A stretch of DNA of 64,000 nucleotides from Bilabrum cf. latius (GCA_965178125.1 OZ237748.1:620001-684000), one strand, 5' to 3'. Positions 1 to 14,300 are shown, counted from the first letter of the stretch. Made by a program: numbers and translations. Notes: a model not told the origin generated them from the letters alone.

Positions 1-143
1 CTTGCACCCAAATATGTTTCAATTTCCCCCACTAAGGCACTGAGCAGCCAAGAGGTCCTCTGGAACAACGGGCGCCAGCCGCCTCGCTAGCTGTCGTGCA
101 TAGGAACAGTTGCAGCACCAGTTCCAAAATGTATTCCTCTCAC

Positions 144-2785
144 CTCATTCATCGTATTCACGTTTCCACCATTTGTAATAAGCAACCGCAGACAGTCATC
201 ACGCCCTTTCTCAGATGCCGCATGAACAGGTGTCCAGCCATCCTGCGGTTTTGGGCTGAAATTCAGGGGGTGGGAGATTGCTTGGGACTGGTCTGCTGGG
301 GGGGCGGGCGTGGGTGCGCACCGGTCCACACGCATTTGTAGTATACCATTCGCGCATAAACTGATATGTATCATTTGGAAGCTACCACTACCTGTTCCAG
401 ATCAGGCAATGCCGAAAGAGACGAGCTGGTTGACTGAGTTCAAGCAACGAGCTGGACAAAATGCTGGAAACACTTCATACAGCATCCAGTTGAGGTATGC
501 ATTACATAAAAGATAAACAGACACGCACACTCATCCACCACGCAAACCACCATCTCACATAAATCTACCCCTAAATGTATTTCGCTCACCTCATCCATCG
601 TATTCACGTTTCCCCCGTTCTCAATAAGCACCCGCAGGCAGTCCTTGCGCCCACATGACGATGCCGCATGAGCAGCTGTGTAGCCGTCCTGCGGAAAGGC
701 GATGGAAAACAGGCGGTGTTGGGAGCAAGAAAGGCGTGTGCCTGGAGTGGGTTTGAATGCGTCTGTGTGTGTGTGCATGGCGTGGTTGGTTGGGGTGCGG
801 GGGTCCCGGGCAGGGTCAGCTGTTCGTTCGCGAACGTAAAGCTGGCGCGCACCGGTTGGAGTTGCTCTGATCTTTAGGGTCACAGTCCCCAGATGGATTC
901 CCGCTCGAGTGACAATCGCCAAATCTGTAATCTAAACAAATACACACAATTGTGGCATTTCATACCAGCAAGGGCAGATCTCACCCTCTGCATCCGTTTA
1001 GGTGCCGAGATAGCCGAGGGGCGCTCTGGAGGCAAGAAATGCAGACGTCTAGCCGCCTGGGCCTACCAACCTCATTAACAACAAACCAGCCAGATAGACC
1101 GCATCAATGCCATAATGACAATGATATGTCCAGAAAGAATCTCGTTAAGCTCGACCTATCGGTGCCACCGGCCAGACAGTGCAGACCAAGCTGCACGCTC
1201 GTCACACAGGCCCGTGCTGTCATCGATCAAGAATTAAGCTTGTACATAGCTAGTACACCAATTTGACTAATCTAAATACATTTGCCTCAAAAATTTAGAC
1301 ACGATCCTAGTGCATCCACATCTCGCTAGCCAACACACATCTGCCTCACCCAGCTCGGGAGCCAGGTAGATCTAGGCAAGCCGCGGGGTTGAGCGATGGC
1401 AAAACTGCCTCGCGGCAATGTATGTGGTCGTGCAAGTTCAAATCGTACCAACAACAAAATCCAACTCATCCACACGATAGCAAGAACAATCGAATCTCCT
1501 CTAAGACCTCATCAGTCACCGGGGAGCACTTGCTCGGTGGCACGGCTCGATCGACGAGGAGCTAACTAGAGGCCACGTAGGCCACTTTAACCGATACAAA
1601 CAGCATTATGAACCCCCACTCCAAAGTATATACTACGAATATCACCTGCAAGCCGCCAAGGAGCATGTTGATAACGCACTCGTCACGATGCTAGACCTAT
1701 CCCCTGCTGATGGGCCGCCACTAATCGAGCTGAATCGGAGAACCAAACACATACCAGCAACAATTTTACAGAGGCGAAATTGATCAATACTGCATCCGCA
1801 CAACAACGGCGCATCAGCCAGGAAATCCAATCCGCCGTGTTGGGCAGGCACCCTCTCACCCAGTCGGCAGCATTCACGTTGGCACCCCGCTCGATGAGCA
1901 GCTTTAGACAGTCCATTTTGCCGTTGCATGCAGCCAACCATGCAGCTGTCCGACCACTCTGCAATGCATCAAAGGAAGATAAAACCGTTAGTAGGTAGCC
2001 GTGGAATGGGAGCAACCTGGCGGCGGGGCACATCTATCACTGCGAGTTTGTTTCGTATTGTAACCACTTTTCAATAGAACTCCAGTGCCCAGATCTTTAT
2101 ATCTGTGGCGCTGCGTGTTCCAAGTCAGACTCCACTCGAGCACCTGCCCCAAGGGAAGTGCCTCGGGAGCACAACCCAGGACCCGAACAACTCGGAATCC
2201 GTCGGGCCTGATCCCAAGTTTTACCGGTCCTCGCTACGATGCTTAGCTCTCAGCGCGGTGGCGTATTGCAAGCGGGGTGGCACGACAGGTGCAGGGAAAG
2301 GCACCTCGTGCTATAGACCAGGCAGCGACGGCTCCATGGACGAGAATGCAAGTCTCTTCCGCCAATAAAGTCAAGTTCCAATGACCGAGCAGCTGTCTCG
2401 CCTCCTTGACGGGTAGCACCGGGCTGAGGATCCGCTGATAACCAGACGCGCATAGCAAGCAAAAGGGGTGCATTCGACTACTGGGACGCCAGCAAATCAT
2501 GCGAATCAAAAAAGCTTCCACAGGTTTCCCTCCCTGGCTCGCCGATGAATGAATTGATGGCGTGCATGGTGGATCGTCATCCATTCATTGGCAAGGTCTT
2601 TGACAGTCTCTCTACATAGATCTTCTGGTCTAAGCATTACCAAAAACTAAAGATGCATTCACAAAGTCCTACTAGTCGTTCCCAATCTCACTTCATCTTT
2701 GGATTCTGTGTCCGTTCCCGAATCCAGGCATGTCCTCAGGTCGTCCACCTTGCCATTTTTGGCTGCTGTCCTAAGTGTCTCTCCC
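144..2785 (-). CDS. Ankyrin-repeat protein, spliced, probably continuing past the left window edge; exons 2785-2692, 1958-1860, 688-590, 242-144
   Basis: Three 99-bp AG/GT-bounded exons each encode one ANK repeat (SGRTAAWLAACNGKMDCLKLLIERGANVNAADW; DGYTAAHAASSCGRKDCLRVLIENGGNVNTMDE; DGWTPVHAASEKGRDDCLRLLITNGGNVNTMNE). The 94-bp exon (ETLRTAAKNGKVDDLRTCLDSGTDTESKDE) parallels 16057-15964. Confidence 0.75.
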
Positions 2786-3234
2786 CTGCAAATCTCAAGG
2801 AAATCGATTTTATTGATCGCGTCGAACAGACTCATGTGGACCGAATCGACCAGGAGATCTCAGTGCGCAACAGACAGCCAAGATGCAACAGCTGCTATAC
2901 ATCGGTAGCTAAATAATGGCACCCACTGAACCTGTTCAACTTACATTCCAAAATTATATCACAACAACCAGCACGGTGAATTGCAAGCAGGTTGGAAGAT
3001 GGCCAATGGGCCACCGGCCCGCACCGCCGCACGGTGCACTTCTAATGTCACCTTTCAATTCAATATTACAGAGTTTTGCAAAGGTGCAGGCAAAATAATA
3101 ATTGGGTGTATCAAAATGATTCAGTTTTACACAGACAGGTGCAGGTTTTGGTGTGTGTAATCCGATTATCTCAACACGTAATTTACGGAAGCTTCCGTAA
3201 GGTTCCGTCGGGATCCTCCTCATGAACCTAGACC

Positions 3235-4468
3235 TCATCCCTAGGCCTCCTCCAGCAGCTTCACGCAATCGTCGTGCCCACCCAGCCTGGCTGCCTCCAG
3301 TGGAAGTACCAGCCTAGAAGTCACATCTTCAATCCTCGCATTTCCATTGATCTCCAACCCACCAGCCAGCTTACCAAGCCTCAGCCTCCTGGCCAGCTCC
3401 AAAGGCCCCCCCTCACTCGCCGCCCGGAACACCATCCCAGCGTCCCTCTTGGCCTCCACTGCCCTCCTCCAGCATATGGCTCTTCGCACTCGAAATGGAA
3501 CGAATGACCGGATGGCGGCAGCGGTCTTGGTCTCACCATCAGAGTGTGCCTTCTCAGCAGGAGTCTATCCTCTCTGTTCGATGAGGAAGCGAGACAGAGG
3601 GGCAGAGGAGAGAGGGCGGGGTAGCCAGGGGGAATGCACCGAGGGTGGATTCGTGCGTGGTAGTATCCGCTTATCCCTTGGGCAGCATGATGGATATGTG
3701 GGAATCATGAGATATTCCAAAGCAGCTGTAGAAGCTCACATGGTCCTTAATGTCCCTGCGGGCCCCTGCCTGCATGAGGACAGTGGCGCAGGCGGTGCGG
3801 CCACAGTACGCTGCCCAGTGAAGTGGAGTGTTCCAACTCTGCGAGTGAATCTAAGGAAATTGGAAGGTCATGAGCCAACATACTTCGTACCTTGATCTAT
3901 CCATCTTTGAGAGCTTCGATGCATGCAACATCACTACCATCGTTGTGCTCGGCCTTGTGCGGCAGCGCTCCGGCAGCGAGCCGACGACCGAGAGGTAGCG
4001 CCAGGTGCACTGCCAAACCATCCCCAACAGCACGCCTTACCCTAACCTACATGCACAAGAGTCCAGCCCTGATTCGTCCAAGCAGTAGTAGCACTGTGAA
4101 GAGACCTTTCAGCGGGTCTCGGACCCGGGCCGCTTGCTGGGCAGCGAATGCAGCAGACCCCTCAGGATCGCCTCCAGCTCCCTGCCGACTTGGGGCAGCC
4201 TCGGGATGGCAGCGTCCTTGTACAGCCTGCCGTTGCCGGGGAGGGCAGATGCAGTCGCATCCCCTTGCGCAAGCAGTTCCCACACGGTCTTGGCCGCGGC
4301 CCACGCATCGGACATTTCGTATGCCTGGGCCAGCGTCTCGAGCGGCTTGCCCCTCGAGTCCTTGGTGACCTTCAGCTTGCTCATGGCCATCAACTCGGCC
4401 AACACACGGGCAAAGGTTGGCTCGACGAGCGAGACCAGCCAAATATACCCATAGAAATGCGAAATCAC
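3235..4468 (-). CDS. 3' part of an ankyrin protein with the family C-terminal module, preceded by a protein-kinase C-lobe-like segment (~4468-4109); possibly disrupted
   Basis: 99-bp ANK exon 3838-3740 (SWNTPLHWAAYCGRTACATVLMQAGARRDIKDH). Last exon 3573-3235 reads RG[TAG]TPAEKA...KRDAGMVFRAASEGGPLELARRLRLGKLAGGL...EEA[TAG]G-TGA. SDAWAAAKTVWELL...LEAILRGLLHSLPSKR resembles kinase subdomains IX-XI. Confidence 0.55.
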
Positions 4469-4867
4469 TCATGCAAAGCAGACATCAGGACAGGCAGGGC
4501 GCCAAAATGGCATGCTGCCATGTCTCTGCATCGAATCAGGATCGGCAGTAGCCACGGGGCCAAGTGCACGATCAGGTGTCATGGCGTCCTGACGAAGCAA
4601 GCTCCAATGACAATCGAATGCCACATGTACCAAATTTATGCAATCTGTGCAGCTGGTCCGAACGGGCTCCCTAAGCGGGCATGCGAACGGAAACCAGCTG
4701 TGCAAATCAGCTCCTGTTCAAAACAACAAGTAGTGGGAATAAACTGAGTCGACTAGAGTGCCTGCAGCAGCCACAGCGCCGCTTCCCTGGGCCCCGAGCA
4801 AGCGATGTCTTTCATGGATAACTCTAGGCTAGGCTTGTAGGGTGCAGAGGCATTGCCAGCCAGGTTG

Positions 4868-7800
4868 TACCCGACCCGGCGAAATCGTGCGAACTTTCGT
4901 TAGGTTCGGTCGCGAAATTTCGTAAGGTTCGCTTTTGACTTTAGAAATCTGCTGTTCTGTTGCGTATTTGATTACAATTAAACTGTAGTACATATATTTG
5001 TATAGTTATGCATCTATCAAAGAAGTACTAGGTCCGCATATAGTACAGATGATGAGATCTGAGGTGCCCAAAATATTGCCTCCTCGGTCCAGCTGATGCT
5101 CGATCGCGTGCGGGTCGTCATCTGCAGTCTCGGCGAAGAACTATGATATCTGTACACAAGATGCTTCCCTTCCCCTAATTAAATTGCAATTATATACATA
5201 AGATACTTAATCATTGATTACACTGCATTATAGTTCCAATACTGCATTTAAGTAGTATCTACAACGCCTCCTTCCGGCGGCCCCTGATTCTGCTGGGCCT
5301 ATCTTTATGTACTGAATACAAAAATGCGTCCGCCGATTTTCATTCCATACACTACCCACGTATACCACATATTATGATTTATATACTGTATCCTTTAAAA
5401 GCTCTGCGTGATTATGGTTTTGCAGAAATCGTCAATAGTGTGGTCTTTGGGCAGGGTGGCCTAGCCGATCTACGAATATAATGTTCAGGCCCACAAAAGA
5501 ATAGTGCAAATCTTTCAGCTTCCCGCTAACCCTAATATTAAATACTTATATGGTAAATATACGATTTGGATATTCAAAGTATAATTTACGTTAAAATGTG
5601 CAGCGGTATCAAGAGAACTACCTCGTGCGCTAAGATCTGTAAATCTTTGTTTCACTGACCACATTAGATCCAGTCAGATTTTTTATTACCAAATTCTGAT
5701 ATTTGTTCTATATACATTGCCAATTAATTCAAGAGATTGGCGCAGAAAGCGTCAATTACTCTAGTAAGTGCAATTTTTGGTGGTCCAGTCGAGCCGTACT
5801 CGTGACAACTGCCTGGGGCTATGCATCGCAGTCTTCACCAACGAGTGTCCCTAGTAGCACCATCACCTTACAAGATCATTTATAATAGATGTACATCTAG
5901 TAGACACGAGTCATGACTTCAAATATTATGTTTGTATTGAATTATGTGACGAAGCTCCGACCTGCACAAATGGTGCTCAAAAAGCAGCTCTAGGTATACA
6001 GAAGGACTTTTGAGACTGATAATCGCCCATGTATATTTTTAATGATAGTATATAGGGTATACTAGGACCAAACCGAAATAAATGGTCGTGATTATGCCAA
6101 ACTGCAAGATTTTGAGCCGAAGCCTCAACCGGCGTGGAGCAATTGCATCCTAATAGCTATCCTAAATCGAGTCAATTATCCTTCGTAAGCTACAGACTAG
6201 TGTATATATTCATATTCTATTGATATAGGAAGTTTGCCTTGAATTGACATCGGTTTGATTGTCTGCAGTGTTGAATGTGCAATTTCCGTGACCACTCTGC
6301 AGCAAGGAAGCCTAGCCCATGCAATAATAATAAAGTGGTACTTCAGGGCGCTAACCAACTTCATTTAACATTCATGTATTAGTTGGTGGGCCCAAAGTAT
6401 GGTTTACGTCGAATACGAACGATATGTTCACGTCAACAACAATGCATCGAGTATGTGTCCAACGCGACACAGACAAGACTGCTTAGGGCTCATCTGCATG
6501 ATCCACAGTGATGATATGAACAAAGTAATGCTTGAATAAGGACAATATAGTAGTTATTATTATTGTTAAACCATTGTATACCCTTTCGATACAACGAACG
6601 AGTCTATGTCGAACGTGCACTACCGCGGGTGCGCCACGACCTCGAAATCCTGCTCAACTCCACGCAGCATCTACTTGATCTTTCCCTACCTACGAGTAGC
6701 ATAAGGTAATACCATCCATGCAATTGATTATTTATTAGCCATTTAATCCATGTAGGGCACCGTATTGTTAGATTCGTTACTATTCGAGATATAATCGATA
6801 TGATTTGGAGGCACCTCCGAGTCTCGCTCAGCATCAAACTAGAATCTGCTATACAGCTGCAAGTCTGTGCTTCAAGGCATGACTTATGCTACAAATGTTA
6901 GTCCCATTACAGTAACAAGCATATATTAATAGTAGTCGTGCTTACTTTGGGATTAAATCAGCCATGAACAAGCTACTGAAGGACTCCCAACTTAGGCACC
7001 GGTTCGACTTGCTCGGAAACCCGATCAAGTCAGAGCAACAGTTGTGCTTCCTTACACTACAAAAAGCCGTGTACGCTTGAAGTTACTGCATTTAACACGT
7101 AGATAATAAGGTATAACATGTATTCTGGCAAGTTAACTTTTTGTTTAGGCTTTACATGGCAAGCATGGTATGCTGAAGGCTGGTGCGTCGTCGACTCTGT
7201 CAGCCTCCAACCGAAACTTGTCCTGACTTCTACGCTCCATTCTAGCCTTCAAGAATAAAAATTGACTAATGCGTTACAACCATCTGTATAATATCCACAT
7301 ATTTAGCAATGCGCTAAGATAATACCGTTCTCTTTTGTTTATTTTGCTTGATTCTGCCAGGTTGTCACTACACAATCGGCAAGTAGCTAGGTAGGGGTCA
7401 GTTGACTGGAGTTTATAATCCATCCTCGCCAGTTTTGTGGCCATAAAATAATGTATATTGGAGTATATGGCGTGATTGTAGTGCGCATTCATTGAAAAAT
7501 TATGTATAGCTTGAGCCATGCTGCGTTCATGTCAAGAGCGTGATTCGGCCAATTTAAAGTCAAATCATAACCAGCGCATAATTTGATGTAGCCATAAAAT
7601 AGAGGCACGTCAAGTTGAATTATAGTTGCCACAACTGCGAATAATACATTAAGATTACGGGTTGATCAATTTGATTTATGCTGGCTACTAAGGAGAATGC
7701 TATAGACGCGCAGCCTCGGACACCAGTGCCACGCGAACCTGGTCAGAGCGCATGTATTGGCAGATTTAAATGCAATATTGCAGTCCCCGGCAGTTAAGCT

Positions 7801-8290
7801 ACATTTTACATCAACATTCACATGTTTGAGCTTGCATTTGACTTCAATTTCTTCGTATCTGCTTACCAGGGGCTGGTTCTGTTGAAGTCTGGCTAGCGCC
7901 CAACTCGCAGACCAAAATTTCATAGACAGCATTTCTCGACGTTGGTGTAGAACTGGCCGGACGCTAATTTATATTTTATTATTATATCAATAAATAATGT
8001 ATTGGTTGTATTATTATTACAATTACATATCCATGGAGTAAGAATATGAGCTTCCAAAAAACCGTGTCGCGATCAGAGCAAAATTATTGAGGCCCCATGT
8101 AATTCATCAATGAAGCCACCTACCGAATGCACAGCCGGCTATTACGTAGTTAATGAAGTTGATTTACTATTTCAACTATCAAAAGTAAAATTGGCATTCG
8201 TTATGCCTTTGAATTTTGACACGATTCGGAGGGGTACCAACCGATGAAATCCCGGAACTGCCGAAAGTTGGGTTTTCGCCGGGTCGGGTA
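4868..8290. mobile_element. ~3.4-kb AT-rich DNA transposon-like element with terminal inverted repeats; non-autonomous or decayed
   Basis: Perfect inverted repeat GTACCCGACCCGGCGAAA (4867-4884) / TTTCGCCGGGTCGGGTAC (8274-8291), compatible with CCCGA ends and a TA duplication. GC drops abruptly between the repeats and there is no long ORF inside. Confidence 0.75.
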
Positions 8291-8951
8291 CGTGTAACAG
8301 CGTTCGCTTCTTGGTATTGAGTTTGACATCGTGACTTCCATGTCAATCGCCTCCATTCGGGGTGGAAGAGCTCAGGACTGACAGATCATCTTGAATTCTT
8401 TTCGTTGTGGTCTCATGGCTTCGGGTGCGGGTGCAGATACAGTTCAGCCGGAGCGCTAGGGCGTGATGGCACGGCTTCAGCAGTTTTGGCGTGGCATATT
8501 CACGACGTTGGCCTTGAAAGAACCCGGTTTCCAACGTGCTATTTTCCTTTTTGAGGCATGCTTTGGGGCCTTGTCTGATCCAATGCAATGGGCATCGGTG
8601 ACGGGAGTGTGTGGGTTTACCGCAGAGCGGCTTCTCGCGCTAGAGGCGCAGTGGAACGAGGCCATCAAAGGCGTACGGCGTGGGTCTCCGAAGCGCGCAC
8701 AGATAATTGAATCAATGATTCGATACTTGTTGACAGCGGTGGTCACCATGAAAGGCGTGCATGGACAACCCTATTCCACGGTTCTGCCCGACTCCTTCCC
8801 GTCCTTCGCAATGTGGCTTGAACTTCCTGGAGTTAAGGTTAAGGAGACAGGGTCTGATTCGTAGATGGCTCTTCAAACCCGTGAGAGAGTGTATGACAGG
8901 ACGAGGGTCGTCATCATTTTGATGTCGTCCAGAGAAAGCGCTTAGCGTCCT

Positions 8952-10361
8952 TCATGTGTTCCGCTTGCTGCCTGCGCGGCTCTCTTCACTTCCGCCTACA
9001 ACTGCCTTTTTGCCCTTCGCTCCAGACTTTTTCGACCTCCTTCCCCCCTTAGATGCTCCCTTTGCTCTCCTTTTCTTAAATTTTGAATGATCCTAGCCAT
9101 CGCTTTCTTCTCTGACAATCTTAAGAATCTGCACGCACTCGTCGTGCCCTCCTAACCTGGCTGCTGCCAGCGGCCTCACCATGCGGGAAATCCCATCTGC
9201 CTGAGTGATAGACCCCTTGATTCTTAGTCCACCAGCCAGCCTGCCTAGCCTCAGCCGTTTCTCCAGCTCGAGTGGCCTACCCTCGCTAGCTGCCTTGAAC
9301 ACGAGTGCAGCGTCCCTGTGAGCGCGCCACGCGTGCGCCCACCTGATCAAGTGGGTCCCTCTCCGCACGTGCCCACGAAGCACCGCCACTATCTCCACCC
9401 TGTTTGTCTTGTGCTGTATCAAATGCAGCGGCGTGTGTCCATCCTGAAGCGGGTCGAGGTGGGGGCCGAATAGCAGGCGAAGCCTGTGGTTGGCAGCGCG
9501 ATAGTGCTGGAGCCAGCAGGCAGGACTGCTTAAAGTCCAGAAAACCTCGTGTAGCGGGTTAGATCACGGGGTTTCATGCACAGATGAATCCCGTTGAGGA
9601 ATGGCAGAGTGCCTTCTCACTTCGTTCACTATGCAGCGGTCTGCGCCGGCTTCCAGCAGCTCCTTTGCGACGGCACAATGGCCGTACTTTGCAGCAACGT
9701 GGAGGGGCGTGTTGCCGCACTGCATTGTAGTGAAGTAGAACAACTTGTCATTTCTAGTCGAGCGAGCTAAATTCATCCAAGAACCACTCGCAACTGTCTC
9801 ACCATATCTGGAATGGATGTGCTACTGCCAGCGAGCAGCATCTGCTGCAGGCACTCCACATGCCCGAATCTCGCGGACCAGTACAGTGGAGTTCGACCAA
9901 ACTGCGGCCCATGGGCAATAAGAACACGGGAGTAAGTGGGACACTACTTGCATGGGTGCGCGTGCGGGCACCAGTTGCTGAACTCGTTCACAGCATCTAA
10001 CGGTGGCTCTCGCCTCGCCTCACCTCGTCCTGGGTATCCAACCAAGCACCGTGTTGAACAAGTAAAGAAAGACATCTTGCATGCCCATGCCGACATGCGA
10101 TTGATAGCGGCGTGCTTTTCCCTTGCCAAGCCTGGGTTGCCAGTTCCGAAGTGGACAACGAGGAGCAGGGTGCTTGATATTATGGGCATTTACAATTATC
10201 ACTGGGTGCTGACAGCAAACGCAATTTTATACTGATATGGTCGATGCCACTGCACCTCACGACTTGAATAGAATCTATATCACAGCCCATCTCCAGAATG
10301 TACCGTAGCTGATCCGAATTGCCGTCCGAGGCTGCAGCCGGAAGCATTTCATGACCACTAT
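8952..10361 (-). CDS. Ankyrin-repeat protein with the family C-terminal module (paralog)
   Basis: Exons ~10361-10261 (EMLPAAASDGNSDQLRYILEMGCDIDSIQV), ~9719-9621 (CGNTPLHVAAKYGHCAVAKELLEAGADRCIVNE), and ~9443-8952 (DGHTPLHL...HRDAALVFKAASEGRPLELEKRLRLGRLAGGL), reading through TAG 9093-9095 into a Lys-rich tail ending at TGA 8952-8954. Confidence 0.65.
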
Positions 10362-10489
10362 CTGGAAGCACACTTCTATAACACTCCATTGATGGTTGAA
10401 AGGGAGTTGTGAAAGCAGAATGTTCATGCGATACTCATTCTGCAGGATTTGGTGCGATTCATAAGGTGTGACGAGTGTGTACAACAAAA

Positions 10490-11030
10490 GCGGTGCATGC
10501 AGCAGCAACTTGAAGCGGTAGCACATGCACCCTGGTACCAAAAGGTGCAAGCGCATTGACTTTCTTCTTCATAAATTCCTTGATACCGGTGAATATGGTG
10601 CTGCCCCTGGACATCACCTTGCTCTGGTACATTTTGACCCGCACGTCCGCTTTGCACGCGCCGGTCGCATTCGTCACAGCCCTATGTACACCAGAGCGGG
10701 GTTGAACAGTGCCCCCGGGTACACGAAGGTCTCATGCAGCGTGGTTATCACGCTCCCGTTTGGCAGCTCATACGTCTCTCTGAGCTCCTCGCCGGACTAA
10801 ATATCTACCTTGCCACTTCTGCATCAGGGTCTACCGCCCCGTGTCACAGCTTCTCCTTGATGCCCTGGGCGATTATCCGCTCTGCTGTGGTGTTTACGGG
10901 TTGCTTGTTTTCTGCCATCAGGCTATATACCCATCCAAATATTGGATGAGGTGCTCCGTGAGCTGCGTGCCTCCAAGGTCAGCTGTCTGCACGGCGGCAG
11001 TGACCACGTTGCCCTCGTGTATTAGCCAGG
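10490..11030 (-). pseudogene. Degenerate actin fragment (C-terminal part)
   Basis: Actin-like blocks YEGNVVTAAVQTADLGGTQLTEHL, TTAERIIAQGIKEKL*, TYELPNG and DVRVKMYQSKVMSRGSTIFTGIKEFMKKKVNALAP. TGA replaces the Cys of KEKLCY and frameshifts separate the blocks. Confidence 0.75.
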
Positions 11031-11377
11031 CCTGGTAATGGCATGGCACGAAGCCGACTGAAGATCCGACGCAGCGAAACGGATATAGCTAGTGGCCTGG
11101 TCGGATCATCCGGATTGAGGGTCGGGTGCTGGAATTTCGTGCGGTGCATCAGGAATTACCTGAACAGGTCAGGTGTATGATCCCAATAAGGTTAGCTCAA
11201 GCAATGCATTTTAAATCTCCCCGATCGGCTGCCTCACCATGGGACCCTGTGGAGGTGGTGATGGCGGTATATTTTAGCGATACATGGGTTTGTTTTTCTT
11301 CGACCCTCAGCCAGCACATTCGGATCAGACCCCTGGATGGTATCCAACCTATAGCTTTTCCAAGCCCTTGAAGACAG

Positions 11378-14300
11378 TCACACGGAGTGGCTCTCTTCTG
11401 TCCGATCTACTTCGGAAGCATACGCGGTGAGAGCTTCACTCACCCCGGGATGCGCTTTTTTGAAGCTCTCAGAAGCCGACGAGAAGAGTGTGCACAGCTC
11501 GTTGCATGTCAGAACCACCTCCATCGAAGCACCACAAACAGTGGGAGCTGGTCCTGCGGCACCGCCGCCGGACCTCACAGACCGCAAGGCCTACGCATCA
11601 AGCACCTTTGCACGATCAGTGCGAGACGTATCCCGCTGCTTGGTAGTCGTCTCCTTGATCGCTGCTACCAGAGCATTAACGGACGCTGTGTGACCTCCAA
11701 GAGCAGCCGCCAGCAGGGGCCCGCACATGAGCTGCGAGTCAGGCCTTGTAATGCGGTCCTTGAGCCGGGAAGCAGGCTCGCTGTCACCGGATCGCGAGAC
11801 CAGGGCCAGCAGTGCGCTTGAGTCACGTACTGGACCCAACGCGGTCAGGCCTCCTGCCAACTTGCCCAACTTCAGCCTCTTGGTCAGCTCCATGGGGCGG
11901 CCGTGGGCAGCAGCGTTGAACACCATCCCAGCGTCCCTCTTGGCATCCCCTGCCTGCCTCCATGAGAGAGCCCTCAGGACTCGCTTTGCTCTCTTTGACA
12001 AGAACGACCGAATGATTTCAGCGAGCTCGTACAATTGTTGGCCCTCTGCGGCCTCGGCAGGAGTCTAGCCGTGCTGTTTGACCAATTGGAAATGGAGGGG
12101 CAGGGGAGGGTGCGTGCATGTGAATGGAGCTAAGGCATTAGTACACGGGCTGACGCAAGGGGGAGCAACAATGGACAAGAATAGAAGTTTGGGTCCTGCC
12201 ATCGTACCATGCTTACCATGTCCTTAATGTCTTTGCGCGCGCCTGCTTCTAGGAATCGTATGGCCCATCCGTTTTCCCCTTCTGTTGCCGCGAAGTAGAG
12301 GGCGAAGTGGAGTGGAGTCTCTCCAACCTGGGAATAACAAAGAAGCAAAGGTAAGCCATGCAGTGCTAAGTCGTATGCATCGCGAAACCAAGCTAATAGA
12401 ATAAAAACAACGTTGCTCTATCGTCACTATACTCGGTTTTGTGCTGCAGCCGAGCGACCCACGCCCGAATCTGAACCGGCCGCGTCACTCGACTCGACCA
12501 TCCCTGTCCACTTGTGCACCAGCAGTTACATGCGCGCTATCGATTAAGTGCAGCTCACTTCATTTACCACGTTCACATCTCCACCGCGCTCTACAGTCTC
12601 AGCAAGACATTGGATATGGCGATTCTGTAGTGCAATATGCGCAGGCGTCTAGCCTTCCTGTGTGGGTCCCGATGTATTCTAAATAGATACAAGATCCCGG
12701 GTGGTTGGGCTTACAAAGGAGCTCCAGTGAGGAGCATGCGGGGCATGTGGCTCTGGGAGCGCCAAATAATTGCGTTGGTCTCGCTCCATCCATGTCTTAC
12801 CTCATTCACCGCATTCACGTCTCCACCGTGCTCTAAACTCGCAATGAGACAGTCCGTGTGGCCATTCTAGGCGGCGTGATGTGCCGGTGTGCCGTTAAAC
12901 TGTGGTGGAGATTGGTGTAGTCACCAAGATTGAATGTCCGGGGATGGCGCGGGCAAGGTCGCGTGTAGTAGACGGACCCCGATTATTTTATTACGACGCA
13001 ACCTAAAACAACACCACTATTTCGATAAGATACATTAAATTATGCCACGCAGGTCGCTTCAAACGCGAGCCATTATACCTGCCAATATCAACACGCACGT
13101 AGGTATACACCGCCAACCGATTTTGTTATAAATGTACCTTACCTCTTTACCCACTGTATTGAGTTCCCCGCCATGCTCCAGGATGACTGTTAGAGTCTTC
13201 AGATTGCCTTGTAAGGCTGCAAGGTGCGCTGGTGTTGAGCCATCCTACGATAGGAACGGTCGAAAGGGCGGGGCTGAGGCCTCCAAGTTGCGGGACGGGG
13301 TGGCAAAACGCCACCGCCTCGGCAGCCAAGCACCGTAGCGGTGATGATAGACAATACGCAGCAATGTCACAGTGACATAACAGCGTTCTATGCAAAGCAG
13401 AGCAGCGCAAGCTCCCGTCGTGCCGGTTGTTAATGTCAGCAGCTGTCTAACTTGGACAGATCTCCGACTGCATTATACAGCTCTTACCGCATCCTATACT
13501 TCGTTTACGTCACCACCGTGCTTCAAGATTGCGTTGAGACACTCCGTGTGGCCACCTCTTGCCGCGAGACCTAATGGTGCCACATTGAAAGACTGCGACA
13601 AAAGAAGGTGGCATAAACAGTGTTTGGAGCTCATTAAGTTGATGCACTCTTGGCTGTGTGTACACCTTGTAGACCACGTGCAACTGACAAACGACAGTCG
13701 CAGACTTAGCCCGATTATACAACTCCCAATACGCAATTACCCAATCGTGACTGACTGTTGCATCTACCCCATAGTGTATCACCTCTGTTCCCCCAGAGCT
13801 GCCAGCAGTCTACTGGACACGAACACAAACACGGCAAGTCCATGCAGTGCATATGCGGACAAATACGGCCAGTTTGACTCGTTCTCTACATTTTTCTCAC
13901 TTCAGGTTCCCGGTATACATCTACACCGTGCTCCATAATCGCTTCAAGACAATCCAAGTGGCCGTTCTGCGCGGCGACTTGTGCAGCAGTATTCCCATGC
14001 TGCGATGAAAGATAGGTCCTTGTTTTTGGTTGGAATGTCACGGAATTACACGTGCAACGCCACAAATATACAAAACACTGCCCGGCAAGCGCATTTGACG
14101 CTATGTGACCTAGTGCTGAACCTAAAACCATAGTTAAGAACACCCTAATACGATAAGGCCGAATGAGCCGCGAGAGGGATCGTTCACAGGATATCAACCC
14201 TGGAGCACCTATTTTTGTGGCCTAATATATCCGCGAGTGAGTGTGCCATACAAACGCGCGCACGCGCATATTTCCAACCTATCGTTTTCTTTCTCACCAT

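Noticed and set aside
3183-3213. 18-bp palindrome TTACGGAAGCTTCCGTAA followed by a TCGGG end resembling the TIR element
   Set aside because: No matching partner terminus could be identified.
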